DNA from: Veleropilina oligotropha
Lineage: Eukaryota
NCBI GenBank assembly: GCA_048128005.1
Contig: JBEUKZ010000096.1
Coordinates: 1-64,000, forward strand
DNA length: 64,000 nucleotides
Direction: 5' to 3'
A program made the translations under genes and the position numbers. This document shows positions 22,610-37,600 of this stretch, in pieces. The notes under the pieces are model-generated. The model did not search any database and was not told the DNA's origin. It saw only the letters and a program-made list of their open reading frames with translations. Numbering within the stretch: position 1 is the stretch's first letter; each line of letters begins with the position of its first letter.

Positions 22610-25600
22610 ATGTCGTTTCCTAGTAACATACCGAAGGATGTGCAAGGTATTTTATGAAACTTTGATCGCGCTTTGCAACTAGTGGTTGTGTTGAGATCGC
22701 ATTATCGAATTTCCTGTTTGTATTATAGTGATAAACGATACCTCGGTTATTGTCAACATCACGTTTCAGATGACAAGCTAACCAAAACATATTTTGTATT
22801 CACAGATAGCATACGACAATGCCTCGATCCTAAAACTAAGCTGGGAATTAAACGCTTGGTAAAACAGGAACTTCGACAGGACAAAATCGAATATCGGGCC
22901 TTGGTAAGCTCTAGTGTTTTACTTCCTGTTTCGAGAGGACGTGTGTTGTCGATTAATAATTTTAGGATTCGATCGTTTCGTAAACAATTCTTGTTTTTTT
23001 GGTTCAATGAATCACTAAACAATATTTTTTATTATCAGTTTATTCTTTGGCTGTCAATATCAATGTATTAAAGTACACCGGTACTCCTATATTAGTATAA
23101 CATACAAGTCCAGTCCAGTTAAATTGACGGACCATAACTACCCTATGATCCTTGCATAAAGTTATGATAGTTTGGAGATTATCATATCCAGAAATAAATA
23201 TTAATAAATGTTGGTACCGTATTGAATTAAAGTCGCGAGTGTTTTATTCAATATCGACATCTACAACGATTATTTCTATATCATTAAATTTTATTTCTAG
23301 ATATGATAATCTCTAAACTATCATAATTGTACGCAAATAACGCATACAGAAAGTGTCAGATTAAATGGCGTTAAATCCGAGTTTACAGGACTCTGTCCGA
23401 CTGATTCAGGTTCAGCATCTTTAATGAAAATTCAGATGTAGAAAAGGGTGTCACGTGTGCTGCTTTCATATTCTTTCACATGAAAGGTATTCATTATATT
23501 AGATGCCACATGCAGTATGATATATGAAATTTTATTGCAATTATATACAAAGACAATATACAAAACAGCAAAGACATTCATTGAAACAATGGCAACAGCT
23601 ATGGCTAGCGTGCAGTTGAGGTGTGTATCTTCTCACCCAATGCGGACACCTGCAAAAAGAAATAAAATAATACATTACCCTTACAATATCCTCGGTTTGG
23701 GTAACTTTATGTCTTTTCTCATACAAAGTTACAAGCACAAGAAAACTTCTCAGACCTGTAAGAAGTTGTTTTCTTTTGGTCCGGCAGTAGCTGTAGCAAT
23801 ATTTTGTAACTACAGTACTGTACTATCAACGGAGGAAAGTTCTGACAATTAACGAGGTGAAACCCCTTCTCATGCAATATGCGAGTTCAAATACAATATT
23901 TATTAGTCGTACTAGCAATGGTACCCGTCTCCGCCGGGTAAGTCCCCCCACCCCAATTTTTTTTTTTTTTTTTTTTTGGATAGTGCTCCCTTAAATATTT
24001 TATTTTTTTCCCGAATTTTCCGAATTTTTTTCGTGGTAAACCTTCCTTGGGGGACCCCGATTAACCCCCCAAAGTTTGAAGGTCGTAGGTCAAAGCGTCT
24101 GGGAGGAGTTCAACTTGAAACAGACAGACAGACAGACAGACACACACACATACAATTATAGCTCCATTATATTAAGATGAATGATATTTCGTCTATGCCA
24201 CATATTGGACAGAGTGTGACTGTGTCAAATATAGATTCGCCAGACTACAGCTCAGCTCTGCTTTACATACATTCACATATCATATGCATATCCATATGGC
24301 TGTAAGAACTCATTTCCTTTTCAGTAACTTGCTTCAGTAGTGACTATAAGAGGTGATACGATGCATAGTATGATAATACATTCAATGTGAACAATGCAAC
24401 TTACCAACGTTCACTAATTTTGTTGGTGAACAGTGCTTTATACAATTTAATCTTGAATTATGACAATTGTGTTGCTAACATTTTCAGGTATACTTGTAGC
24501 GTAGCATCCATATTCAAGTGATGGAATGTCATGGGTGCATCTTTTTAAAATTAAATAAATCAACCAAGTGCTTGGAGACGTTATTGACAATTCATCTTGC
24601 AAGAGAAATCTTCTCAACCAAAACGAGTTGAGTTTCTGGTTACTACGTATCAAGTCATTGCTGTTAACAGCTGTGCTAGTCTTTGCCTGTCGGTGGAGAA
24701 TGCTATAATGATGGTGTTAACTCTGTATATGTCCGTATCATCATTACTATGTTGTTCGCTCCAACTAGTTACTGTCAGCAGTACTTATAATATCTTGAGG
24801 AGGTAAACAACAACTGTGTTATTGAATAATCATCAAAACATTTAGAGCGACACATTTTTTGCCTATTGGCTATAGGAGGATTTATGTAATATCCATCTTG
24901 TCATATTTTAACCAATTCAATTGACAAGTAGCGGGTTGCAGATTCCTGCATGTTAAAGCATTGAAACAAGTGCTTTTTACCCCCCCCCCCCGCAGATTCC
25001 TGCATGTTAAAGCATTGAAACAAGTGCTTTTTACCCCCCCCATTTTTTTTTTGGGGGGGATATTAACATGTCTACTATCCGTCCGTCCGTGCAAATGATT
25101 TTTTCCGAAGCATATCGCATGATACGCCGCTTGACATAACTTTACAAAACTTGCTGGGTGTATTAAGTAGTCAGTGAGCTGGTGGTTTGTGCTGTTTTAT
25201 GACTATTATTAACAGAGTTATTTCCCTTGCTTTAAATTTGATTTCCGGACAATATCTCATAAAATGCTTGACTTATCTTTACGAAACTTGATGGATGTAT
25301 TCAGTACATGTAGTTGGTTAACTGGTGCTTTTTCCTAATTTTGACGTTGTGTGATGATAAAAGACAAAGTTATTGGCCCTTGTTATTATTTAGTGCAACG
25401 ATATTGCACTTATCATATTGCAGGTTAAAGAACTTACAGCATATAGTAATTGTGAATGTACCATTGCAGGGAATATTGATGGCTCTGTCTTCTTGTTTAG
25501 ATTCATTTGAAATTGATAATATATACAGTCACAGCAAATGTTTCATGAAAATAAATTGTATATATATACACATGGGGGATTATAACATTTCGAAGTTACA

Positions 25601-28600
25601 TGGTTGCTAAACGGATTTACTACTGTAATATGAAAATTATATTCTAAAAATGAAAAACTGAACTAATCAATTTATTTGTATTTAAGTTTAGCTTTATGAT
25701 CCACATACATGAGGCTGTAGTCTAGCTGGGCCCAGTTTATTGGCTATCCAATAGATGGATAATATTGTGTGCAATGGGGACACCATATATATGCCTGAGA
25801 ATAGCTCCCAATACCGGTACTCCTGGGAATCGAAATGGAGTAGCTAGAGTTTTGGTTCAGCATCTGACATATCGCCTTTTAAATTTGAACATTTTAATAT
25901 AGATAGATGATATAGTCCGCATTATTTTTTTGAAAATCTTATCTGGTATTGATAACATATTATTATCCAATGTTAAAGTTATTATTTATCGCTGAACTTT
26001 CGTTATATGATTTTTCAGTGTTTCCATACAACAATTTACATGTATAACAAAATTAAGGCATCTGAGAGGAAGCATAGTTGACCCACAGTGCCCACTCTCA
26101 ATAAACTTAATTTTATCTTTCTAGGTTGACCGAGTCCAGATAATGTCTGTTTATGTATTTTACACTTATTTGACTATGGCGATCTTGACCTTTGACCTCA
26201 TAAATCAATCAGTAGTTATATATCCACTCATATATCATATATATATGAAGTTTTGTGGCTATATGTTTTGAATTGACAATGTTATGCCATGTAAAGTCAT
26301 CGCGGACATACACCACACAGACAGACAGACACACAGACAGCCTCAATACAATAGTTTCTCTGTAAACGGCTCAACTAATTAGGTCAACCATCAGAAATCT
26401 ATCAATAATTATAGGTCAGGAATGCGCTAACATTTGTGTGGGCTCCCTGTTGTACACTAAGACTGTAGTCTGCAAAATAACATTATGACCTCCTTCCTAA
26501 ATGTCTCCAAGCGATAATAATCTGTTTTTAAAGCAGGGTTCAAATGGATTTGTCATTTAAACAGCCTACTAGGCACCAGATAAAGGGATCTGCACTGTAA
26601 GTAATGTTGCAAATATAAATGCTGTATCACAGTAGGTTGAACTAGGTTAAGTTGAAAACTGATTTATGAGCTTTGGGTCGCAGGCTTCAACAATAAAATT
26701 TGAATTATTTTGATCGATTATTTTCTAGTATCTGAATTATTCTCATTATATCGAGTAGATGTACTTTGTTAGCTATTTTTATTCTAGGTAAGCGTTTAAG
26801 TATTTAAAAGTAATTGCCACGATGACAGATTACGACTGCTTTATCGCTTACAAAGCAATCAACCTGTATGGAGATCTATGTAGGCCGACGACCTAGGCAA
26901 CTTGATAAGAGACCACGTCAAACATTCTGGCGATTTCACAAAATGAAACAAGTCAGCAATCTATTTATAGACGTGTAGCAAAAATTGAAATGAACAACAA
27001 CATATTTCATTGTAATTTTGTAGGTTTTGGTTTTATCGTTGTTAAAATCCTGATTCTAACCACCTTCCAGGTTCATATCAGGACATGTCCATATTATCGC
27101 AGGAGGTAAGCTCGGAAAAACCACCCTCCGGCCAGCTATGGACATCTGTGACTGTTAGGCCCAAAAAAAAAATTCTTTGCTTCCTGTTACATGGTGATAA
27201 AAATTAGTGTAGGTAGGTAGGTAAATATTTTTATTTTTTGAAAAGTGTTTTCATATATGTATCGATTTCCCCCAAAATTAAACAACCAACAGAAGAAAAA
27301 TCCATGTCATATGGTAATATGCGACCATTAAGCCTATTTAATAGTCATGCATCGCAAAGCCTTCCAGAGAGAAAATAGGATGGTCAGGGGCGAGATGGAT
27401 TTTTTTTTCAAGTAAATCACTGATAAAAAGTTTAGGGTAGGGCCTAAAATTTAGGTAGGGTAGGGTAACAGGAACCAAGACTTTTTTTTATTGGCCTTAG
27501 ACAGAGCAGTCAGTCATACCAATGAATTCAGAGACTCAGCTCTGGAAACCACTCGGCTCCCGAAGCCACTTGGCTACTGGAGCAACCAGAAATTTTGTAT
27601 GAGTGCCTGTGTGTATTAATGAATATATTATGGCGAACTTGTAATATTCACCTTCAACAGGGTTCGTACAGATTTGAAAAGTACTTGAATTCTGAAGAAA
27701 AAATGAAAAGTACTTAATTCTTGAAAATACGCATGAGAAGTGCTGGAATTTCATTTTGGTACTTAAAAAGTACTTAAAAATCCAGAGTCGTGCTTTAAAA
27801 GTACTTGAATTTAAAGGGGGGAAAAATTAAAACTAAAATTAAAACTACGCTCAAAGTTCAGAATATTTACGGTAAATGCGCGAAGGGAAGTAACTCCGTA
27901 GTGAATGAACGAAAGTGTACTTGAAAATTCAAATTTTGTACTTGAAAAGTACTGGAAAAGTGCTTGAATTTCATCAAGTCTTGTTTGTAGGAACCCTGTT
28001 CAATAGATATAGCTTATCTTCAATGAATCATAAACTCTTATCTTGAAGGAGCTACTTAATTGCCTACCAACTTCTAATTAAAGTCTTTGACAGTTGAGGT
28101 TTGATGCCTGACATCTCTCTTGACCTTATATTAGCTTGTCTTGATGGAGAGCCTTAATCAGAACCTGCCCATGTACATGTCGGTGGTTTCAGGTAATGCA
28201 GTCAATGCTGTGCAAATGCCAGCCTGCGACCTCGGATATTAATGGATCAGGGGTCAATGTGTCGTATGCTCCAGATAATAGGTTTACGTTATACAATGCT
28301 ATCAGACTGTTAGTCACTGTTGGCTTCCTGTTAATGTGTTTCCTGGCTCTTGTACAGCTAGAAACAATGCTAAATAGTACCGTATTATCCGGTAGCGAAT
28401 GGAAATAGTCTAATTGTATTTGACTTAACGAGGAAAGATGACATTACACCATCACAAACCATTGTTACAATGTGCATGCTGTAAATATTATCACAACTCA
28501 TGAATATTAACAGATGTTCAAATTGAGTATATGTAAATTTCTGTCAAAATGATTCCCAACTATCAACATTTTTATGTCATAGTCTGGCTCTTGAAAAAAG

Positions 28601-31588
28601 CACCAAGTTGTTGTTATAACGTTAAAAAAGGAAAGGAAATTCAATTTGATGAGGGGACCATAGGCAGAAAGCGTTTGTTGGTGAGTAAAGTCCTTAATTT
28701 AACGTTAAATTGAACATTGGATTGAATTGCTGCTTAATATCCTTTATATAAATTTACAACCTTCAGGTTCAAACCTGACGGGACATGTCCATATTATCAC
28801 CGGAGCTAGGAAAGCTCGTTCACCCGGGGAAACCTGCCCTCTACGACCAAGACCAGTTACAGGCAACTGTGATTGATAACTGAAATAGAATGCCATTGCC
28901 CCAACCGAGATTCGAACCCACTCCAGTTGTCACTGCTCGAGCCAGTGATTTCAGAGTCGGAACTAACGGAGCGACCTCTATTTTTGGTCAATTGGTAAAA
29001 GCCATCATCAATAGTAATGGATCATTTATTTATTTAACAATCTTACGTATCCCATATACACACATAGCATAAACATGTTGTAAAATTGAAGCCATCCAGA
29101 TGGCAATTACAGGCAAGTTATCATACTGGCAAAATTGCTTTAACTGTAAACATCCCTTTGTATTTTTTATGCGAAATTTGAAGGAAATTTATTATCATGG
29201 CATATTTAATTAGCAGTTATGTGCCGTGTGTCTTAAAAAGCATTTTCTTCAATATCCACAAAATAACAGAGTTCTTGCCCATGTTTGTGCAACAATTATT
29301 GACCGAGTTATTCCCGTAGTTTGAAGTACATGTGTATCATCATATTATTATCTTAGATGAAATGTAGAAGTTTTAAGTACTTCCTTGAACGTAGCTGGGA
29401 TATTGATAGCTTTGTCTCCTATCCTTGGAATAAAAAAGTCTGAGTTGATAACTCGTATCAAGTTATAACAGGTAATAACATTTAACGCTATCCTGTGGGC
29501 AGGAAGTTTGATATGAATTTAAACTCTGGATATAGTTTCCACAGTTTGGTCAGATGCATTACTATATGTCATAAATCTCAAGGTATTCTACCCCAAACTT
29601 GAAAGGGTCTGATCATCGACTGCAGAACAGAAACAAAAAGTAGACGTCTTGTAGTGCTCATGTGAGGTGGCATTTTAGGAATTTGATATCGACTGTGACA
29701 TAGTCATTTATCAAACTGATGTCATCGAAACCAGTTATAAAATATACTTCACAGTTTTAATAAAATGAAAATAGCTACCACAGGTATCTGTCGTTTAAAT
29801 TATTTACAGCAAATGTGAGTCTGTCTTAATTATTGTAACCCCCGATAACCTTCGGGGGATTCTATGGCTTACCGTCCGTTACGCCGCTGCATTTGCCGAG
29901 AGATTCCTCGTGATCGCTCTAGACAGGTCATTTCTTCACGGAATGTTTTCAAATTTGGTATGTACATTGGTTGGGTTTAGAACACGAGACACCTACAGAT
30001 TTCGGGCGTGGTCCGACGTCCAAGATGACCGCCGTGGCCACCATCTTGGATTTATATGCCATCACAAGTGACCGAGCATTCTAGTTACTGATAATCCTGC
30101 TATTATATACAATGTTTTTGGATGTTTTATTGACATATTGATACAAGTAACCTGTTAGTGAGATTAGAACTTCTGGTCTTGAATGGATTAACAAATACTG
30201 ACGTTGCAATAATCATATGAGTAACCATCAAGCGTGATGTCAGTGTTGTAATCTGATATAAGACAGAGGTTCATTCAAGCATGACGTGGTTTTGATGTGT
30301 TGTAATCTGATATAAGACAGAGGGTTCATTCAAGCATGACGTGGTTGTGAACAACTGTCAATGGTAATGACAGCACTGATATTTATATCATTTATGCATG
30401 CATCGATTACAATGCACAGGTTCGCTATTGACGTAGTTCAATGCATAATGCAAAACACCTCGGGCGAAGTGGTTAAGGTGCTAGCCATTTTGAAGTTAAT
30501 GAATGTCTTCAGTCAGATTTCTTCTTAGTACATGCACACAGCACTGTCTCAATCTACCAGTCATTAAATCTTATAAAATAATTGGTGACAGTACAACACC
30601 GGATGATATGATTGAAGAAGCATTCTGAGAATTTCTTCAATATTGCAATGTTTGATCGGATAGAGTCGTTGAACTTGGGGTACAATACGCAGATTGAAAA
30701 TGTGGTCTTAAAATGAATCGATTCAATCAAATCAATATTGCATTTATTTCTCACACAAAGAAGATTGTGATGATGTTATGTGTCTGTATGTTGCCTGTGC
30801 ATTTCTTGCATGTGTGTTTTGTCTCTTGTAACCACCAAAAATTTGACAGAAGTTAGTTTTTGACATTGAATAAATAATACAACAGTATTTCGGGGAAGGA
30901 AATTTATGTTTTGAAGATCAGTTTAGTGCAAGTTCTTGATTATTATATTCTTTGTGGAAGATAATTGCAATAAAAATTAATACTTTACATACACATGACG
31001 AATTATCAAATTACCTTATGACATATTGCATTTAAATAATATTAAAAGTGAATTATCAATTTGTTCTTTGTTTTTAACACCAACATCACGCTTTGATGTC
31101 ATGTGCTTGCTTCACGCTTCTTATGTCCAGCTGAATATGATGAGTATCGGGCTTGGTGTTAATCCTATTGTGAGATTTTTGGCAGCCTTCCCTAATCCAT
31201 GCAGAGATTAATGGTGATTTTGGACGCAAGGAATAGATAACGCCACAACTGGCCATGTGGATATTGGAGTATTGTCGTTGATTTAGAACATTTATTGTTT
31301 TCACTCTAAGCCTTCTGTTAATGGGAAATGTTTGGATGGTTTTAGGCCAGTGTTAACTGGTAAGTTAAGCTGCATGCCCAGGACAGTTTGTGAACTAAAG
31401 TTTATATTCATTTAGCGAACGTGAACAAACAATGCATAACCCTTGCGGTCGGATGGATACAGCTTGTTTCAGGAAAGTTTACACAGCACAATACACACGA
31501 CAGCAGTGCAACTGTTTAGGTTATAGGTTAGGTTAGGTTATATTGGATCATTTCCTCGTCTCAAATGATGTATTCAAATCTTATTAAG

Positions 31589-31635
<47 letters not shown>

Positions 31636-34600
31636 ATATCTATACATTCAATAGCTGTAACATTCCTAGAGCAAGTTTCTATGTTATGCATTTTTAGTTT
31701 CATGTATGACGTATTGTGGTTAATGTGCAAATATTTGTGACAAGTTCACGGTGTCGAAAAACTTAGATTTGCGGATCATTCCCCTCTAATGCTAAATTAT
31801 GCAACATTTTCTACCGATTTGAACAGGAATTTTATTTGGTTAACTTATTATTATTTGATACAAGATTTATCTTAATGTAAATAACCACAACAATGAATGA
31901 ATAGTTGCCTGCAGTGAAGTATATTTAGATTCTTGAGCAAATATTTTGGGTTTGTTTCTTGTGCGTTAGGCTTATTTGACAACACCTGTTGAATTTGTTG
32001 GATTTCTCTATTTTTGTGTTGACCGGTTCAACATTGCCAGATTCCTCGTGATATCAAATTTGGTTTTCGAGGATTAGAATCCACAACAATTTCATAATGC
32101 ACATATGGTTCCGCCTTTATTTGTTGTTAAAGTGTGTCCATGTTTGCTTCAACAAGAGGCTATATTTGCAAACGGAGACATGTTTGATGAAATTGTTGAC
32201 TCTATCAATAATACAGCTTTTGTTGGAGATAATTTGTTTATAGTGTGTTTATGACATAATGTTCGTTTAATGATTTTAACACAATGCTGCAGACGTGCTC
32301 TGGTGTTGATTGGGTGGATTTGTAATTCGTGAGGTTTGCAGTTTATCGGATTCTTGGTTTTACTCCAACATTAAAGAAGCATGACCTGCGATTTGATTGA
32401 TTTCAACTGTTTTCTGAACTAGATATATATTATGTACAGGCATTTGCATTCAGAATTGAAAGTTGTCGTAGCTTTCGGATATTGCCTTCGATCACTGATC
32501 TGGTATGTTCTCTATTTAATGGTTCAATACTGGTAAAACACTTAATGCACCATTTGTAGGGAGATCTCCAATGTTTATCGGCATTGAGTCTGAATGATCA
32601 TTACTTAGACGGTTGATCATACTCGACACTGGCCCGGTTCGGCACATAAAAATATCACTGCAATTTGATAGTAAACTAAAACATTCACTCATCCATACCA
32701 TTCAAACAAAATTAATCTTCGCACGAAACGTTAGAACTTTACAATTTATTTTTTAAAAATGACCACCATTCCAGATGGTCACCCCATAGAAAGAAGCCAT
32801 ATAATTAATATATATCCAATATATATATAAATATACATGCATAAATACATACACACACGCACACGCTCGCGAAAACAAGCGACCCCTCAGCGACATAATT
32901 CCCCCGCCTTATAATTCCCCCGCCTTATAATTCCCTCGCCTTATAATTCCCCCGCCTTATAATTCCCCCTCCTTATAATCCCCCCGCCTTATAATTCCCC
33001 CGCCTTATAATTCCCCCGCCTTATAATTCCCCCGCCTTATAATTCCCCCGCCTTATAATTCCCCTGCCTTATAATTTCAATCCGGGGAGAACCCTTGAAA
33101 TCTCCGTGATTTATAAACTAGAGTTTCTCCCGTAGCCCGAGATATTTAGCCCAGCGTGATGAATAGGGAGCGGGGTTGGAATTTAAGTATTAGATGCAGG
33201 AAAGACTAGTGCGCGCCTGAAAATTCTCATTCTTTGAATTTTGATATTTTTCAGGTATTTACATCGTGCAGACTCTATGTATTTACATCCAAAGTTCCAG
33301 CTAAGGTGAGAGAGTCAGTGAAGTTAAATGTTAGAAATGTATAATTATATAATATATCTCAAATTGACATTTATCAGTCAAGTCTGATTCTACTGTACAG
33401 AAATATATCTCTGTGATCAATAAAATATTTGTGATGTTTCTGCAGCGATAATCAAACAAAGTTATTTGTTTCTTAACTTAGCAGTAAAGATTTCTGACAT
33501 TCATTGCATAATAAGGACTGTTATTTGAAAATGAATTTGAATCCCGCCTTATTATAACCACTTGTCAATTAATCGTCATGAATGGTAGCATCACATATAT
33601 ATATATGTATATTGATCTTCTGGGTAAGACCAGTGCTGACGATGCTCATTACTAACGTGTGTTGCATTTTGTATTCTTCCAGGTGGAGCACAGCATCCAT
33701 TACCTCGACATACAGGAAATCGAGAGCAAGAAGAAGAACCAGGTACGTGCCCATCGGGTGTAGATGCCAGCTCAGATGCATAGCTTGTGCGATATATTTA
33801 CATTATGGAGCATAGTTTGATGGATGGGTTGTATTGCAAGGTGCTGTCATAAGTGAAATTCAAAATTATTGTTTATTCCACTAGATTTCTCGCTGTAGTG
33901 ATCTTCTCATGTCATCATCAATTCCGTTGCTTAACGCACGTCTACAATTAATTTCAGAATCATTTTGCCATGAACATCTTCTATCCTCAGCATAAGTGAC
34001 TGTGTGTCGCAAGTATAGATTCTTTGATTGATATTGCACCTGCTATAAAGATGCGGCCACCCAGTGATGCATTGAATAAGTGCTTAGCTCCAAATATTAT
34101 CATTTGACTGTTTTGAAAAACAGGAGTGAATAATAAGATATGTTATCATACACAAGCATGGCTGCAGTGAGGTCAGATCAGATTACCCTTACTGACAGCC
34201 TTGTAAACACAGTGTATTCTGAATAGAGAAATAGATTTTTAAGTCGGTACAATTACGAAATTGCGTCATAACATCCGAATCCGCTTTCCGATTCTGATCA
34301 TCTTTGAGGAGGACCGAGCGTACGGTGGACCCTATCTCGTGTGCAAAAATTGATCGATGGTTGTTGAGATACACTCGCGGACAGACTGACACACAAACAG
34401 ACAGACAAACCGACCCGATTGCAATACCTTCTCCCACACAACGTGGGTGAAGGTCATTATAATCTTTGCCTGAGCCCTTTGTTCAATTAGCAGTCACAGT
34501 TGTCCGTTACTGGCCGGAGTGGGCTAGTTATCTTGGCTCTTCTCTCGCAATAATATTAGCATGTTATGGTATGACCAGCAAATGTGTGAAATAGAATGTT

Positions 34601-37600
34601 AAATATAGATCAAAACTAAACTATCAAGACATAATTAATTTTTATCAAGTATACATCATACATGTGATAACCCAAACCAGAATTCCAGGAGTTTGGGGTC
34701 AATATTCCAGAAGATTGGGGCCAAATTCCAGTAGTATTTTTATGGACATTTTTTATCGTCGATTACGCAGGGGTGTCAATAAGATTGAAAGTAACAGGGT
34801 GATCGACCAAAGTAGCAGGTGGGTCTGGGCCGAAAGCGATTTTACGCATTCTGAAGACAGTAATAGCGGCTTCTGCAGAGAACAAATTTCTATATTTTGA
34901 AGAACCATATCATGTAAAATTTGAAATATTTTGCACTATAAATAATGAAACCTAAATTAATTGTTCTTTGAAGGTCAAATTAATTTAGGTTTCATTGTTT
35001 GTTAGACATAATATGCCATATATACATTGTCCCTTGACATACAATCTGTAAGTAAGGTTTACGAAGTTCATATTCTTTTAATTTTTTTTTTTATAATTTT
35101 TTTTTTTATAATTTTTTTTTTTTTTTTTTCTGAAGTAGCCGGGTGGCTATGGTCATATAGCCGGGGAATTCACCCGGCCCCCGGGTCTTAATGACACCCC
35201 TGCTACGTCGTATATTTTTAATTATTTGCATAAGACATTTATAGAAATGATAGTAATATTAATCTTATGCAATCAGCACAACAATAAAACTTCTTGTAGC
35301 AATATTAATATTGAAGTGAAAAGTTAAATTATTTATTGTGGTATTTTTTTTATAAAACTCACTTTTGTTGTCATATTAAATTTATTCCTAACAATAAATA
35401 CACTATCACAATTATACAGTTAATCAATATAAAATATGTGGTTATAATTAAGTCATACTGTACTTGACTTTCAACTGAGCAAAATATAGAACTTGTCAAT
35501 CTCCTATCTACATGACAACTTGCAAGTACTTTGAAACTGATGATCCAGGTTTTATCTTATCAGTAATGTATTTAACAGTAATTGAAAACTCAATCCATAA
35601 TTTACTTTCAACTTAACATATCGGTAAGTACAGTGGTTGAAAACTGTTGATCAGGTCTTTAACTTCATATCCATCCGTATTTTATTAAATGCACATGGCG
35701 CTTCCTGTGTTATGATGCGGACTAATTTTGATAGTTTCATATCACAACTTGCTTGAAAAGTCATATATACGATTAAATGGCATTCATAGGACTAAAATAA
35801 CTGATATTGGAACAGTAATTGGGTATCAATGTATCTAGACGAACAATACCCATTCTAAATCACCATTTAACCCAATCTCAGATTGCATTGAACCATGAAA
35901 GTAGCGATAATGTGCTTAATTGGCACCGTAAACAAACAATCGCGGTGACAGGAATCAAATTAAGGTATAGTAGTTAGTACAATGCATACTGATAGAGTTC
36001 TATTGTTAGAAAATAATATTGTGGAAATAAACATTACTGGATAATTAAATTATCTCTGAAAGATTGTCTGATTTCGGGAGATTTATGTCATTTCGGGACA
36101 CTCCCGGAGTAAGTCATTTGTGTGGTGCCGATTTCCGGAGAATTTTACTCCCGGCTGGAGTTATCACATGTATAATACATTGGATTTGGTTTAATGGGAA
36201 TAATCACATCAATTAAGAATTCATGTAGAAAGACCTGGATCATATTTGAAGACACTGACTGATGAATGAGATATGCAAATATTGTTTACGATATGCAAAT
36301 ATTGTTTACGATATGCAAATATTGTTCACGATATGCAAATATTGTTTACGATATGCAAATATTGTTCACGATATGCAAATATTGTTCACGATATGCAAAT
36401 GTTGTTTACAATATGCAAATGTTGTTTACAATATGCAAATGTTGTTTACAATATGCAAATATTGTTTACAGCTTACGCTGACCGTTCGCGATGTCAAGCC
36501 TCTCGCCTTCGTCACCTTGGAAGCGGAAACGGAAGAAGTGAACCACATGATCACACACATCGGAACGGCACTCAAGCAGATATTCCTCCACAGTCAGATC
36601 GAGTAAGTGAATCAATGAGAATTCATGTTGTCGAGGTATGAAATGATTCTTTTGAAAAGCAACAATGATAATATCAAAACTGGTGTATTTCTACTTAACT
36701 TTGCTGTTTTGTAATGACTATTGGCTTGGTCATTTTGACTGCTTTTCCAACTTAACTCCTTCACTGCCAAAGACGGATATATCCGTCTTTTTGCTATTAT
36801 TACGTAAAAGCTGGGCAATGAAAGAGTTAATAGGAGTACCCAATCATTGTATCCCCCCGAAACGAAAGTATCGGGGGATACTATGGTTTAGCGACCGTTA
36901 CGCCGCCGCCGAGAGATTCCTCGTGATCACACTAGACAGGTCATTTCTTAACGGAATGTTTTCATATTTGGTATGTGCATTGGTTGGGGCGAGGACACGA
37001 CACCTATTGAATTTGGGTGTGGTCTGACCTCCAAGATGGCCGCCACGGCCTCCATCTTGGATTTTAATTATAATTCCTTGTGATCGCACTAGACAGGTCA
37101 TTTCTTAACGGAATGCTATCAAGTTTGTTATGTGCATTGGTTGGGGCGAGGATACGACACCTATAGATTTTGGGTGTGGTCCGACATCCAAGATGGCCGC
37201 CACCGCGTCCACCGATAGATTCCTCGTTTTCGCTCTAGACAGGCCATTTCTTAACGTAGTGTTTTCAAATTTGGTATGTGCATTGGCTGGGGTGAGGACA
37301 CGACACCTATAGATTTTGGGCATGGTCCGACATCAAAGATGGCTGCTGTGGCCTTCATCTTGAATTTTAAGCATAATTCCTTGTGATCGCTCTAGACAGG
37401 TCATTTCTTAACGCAGTGTTTTCAAATTTGGTATGTGTATTGGTTGGAGCGAGGACACGACACCTATATATTTTGGGTGTGGTCTGACCTGCAAGATGAC
37501 CGCCATGGTCACGATAATTGCCTGCGATCGCTCGTTAGAGACAGGTCATATCTAAAAGAATGTTTTTAAATTTGGTATGTGCGTTGGTTTAAGTGCATGA

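Noticed and set aside
24488..24802. Possible extra CARMIL exon (TTTTCAG acceptor, downstream GT)
   Set aside because: No CARMIL-like peptide, and exons 2 and 3 already join in phase.
36262..36481. Three overlapping ORFs with Cys-rich repeats
   Set aside because: Products of a stop-free 20-bp minisatellite; only 36472-36602 is a real exon.
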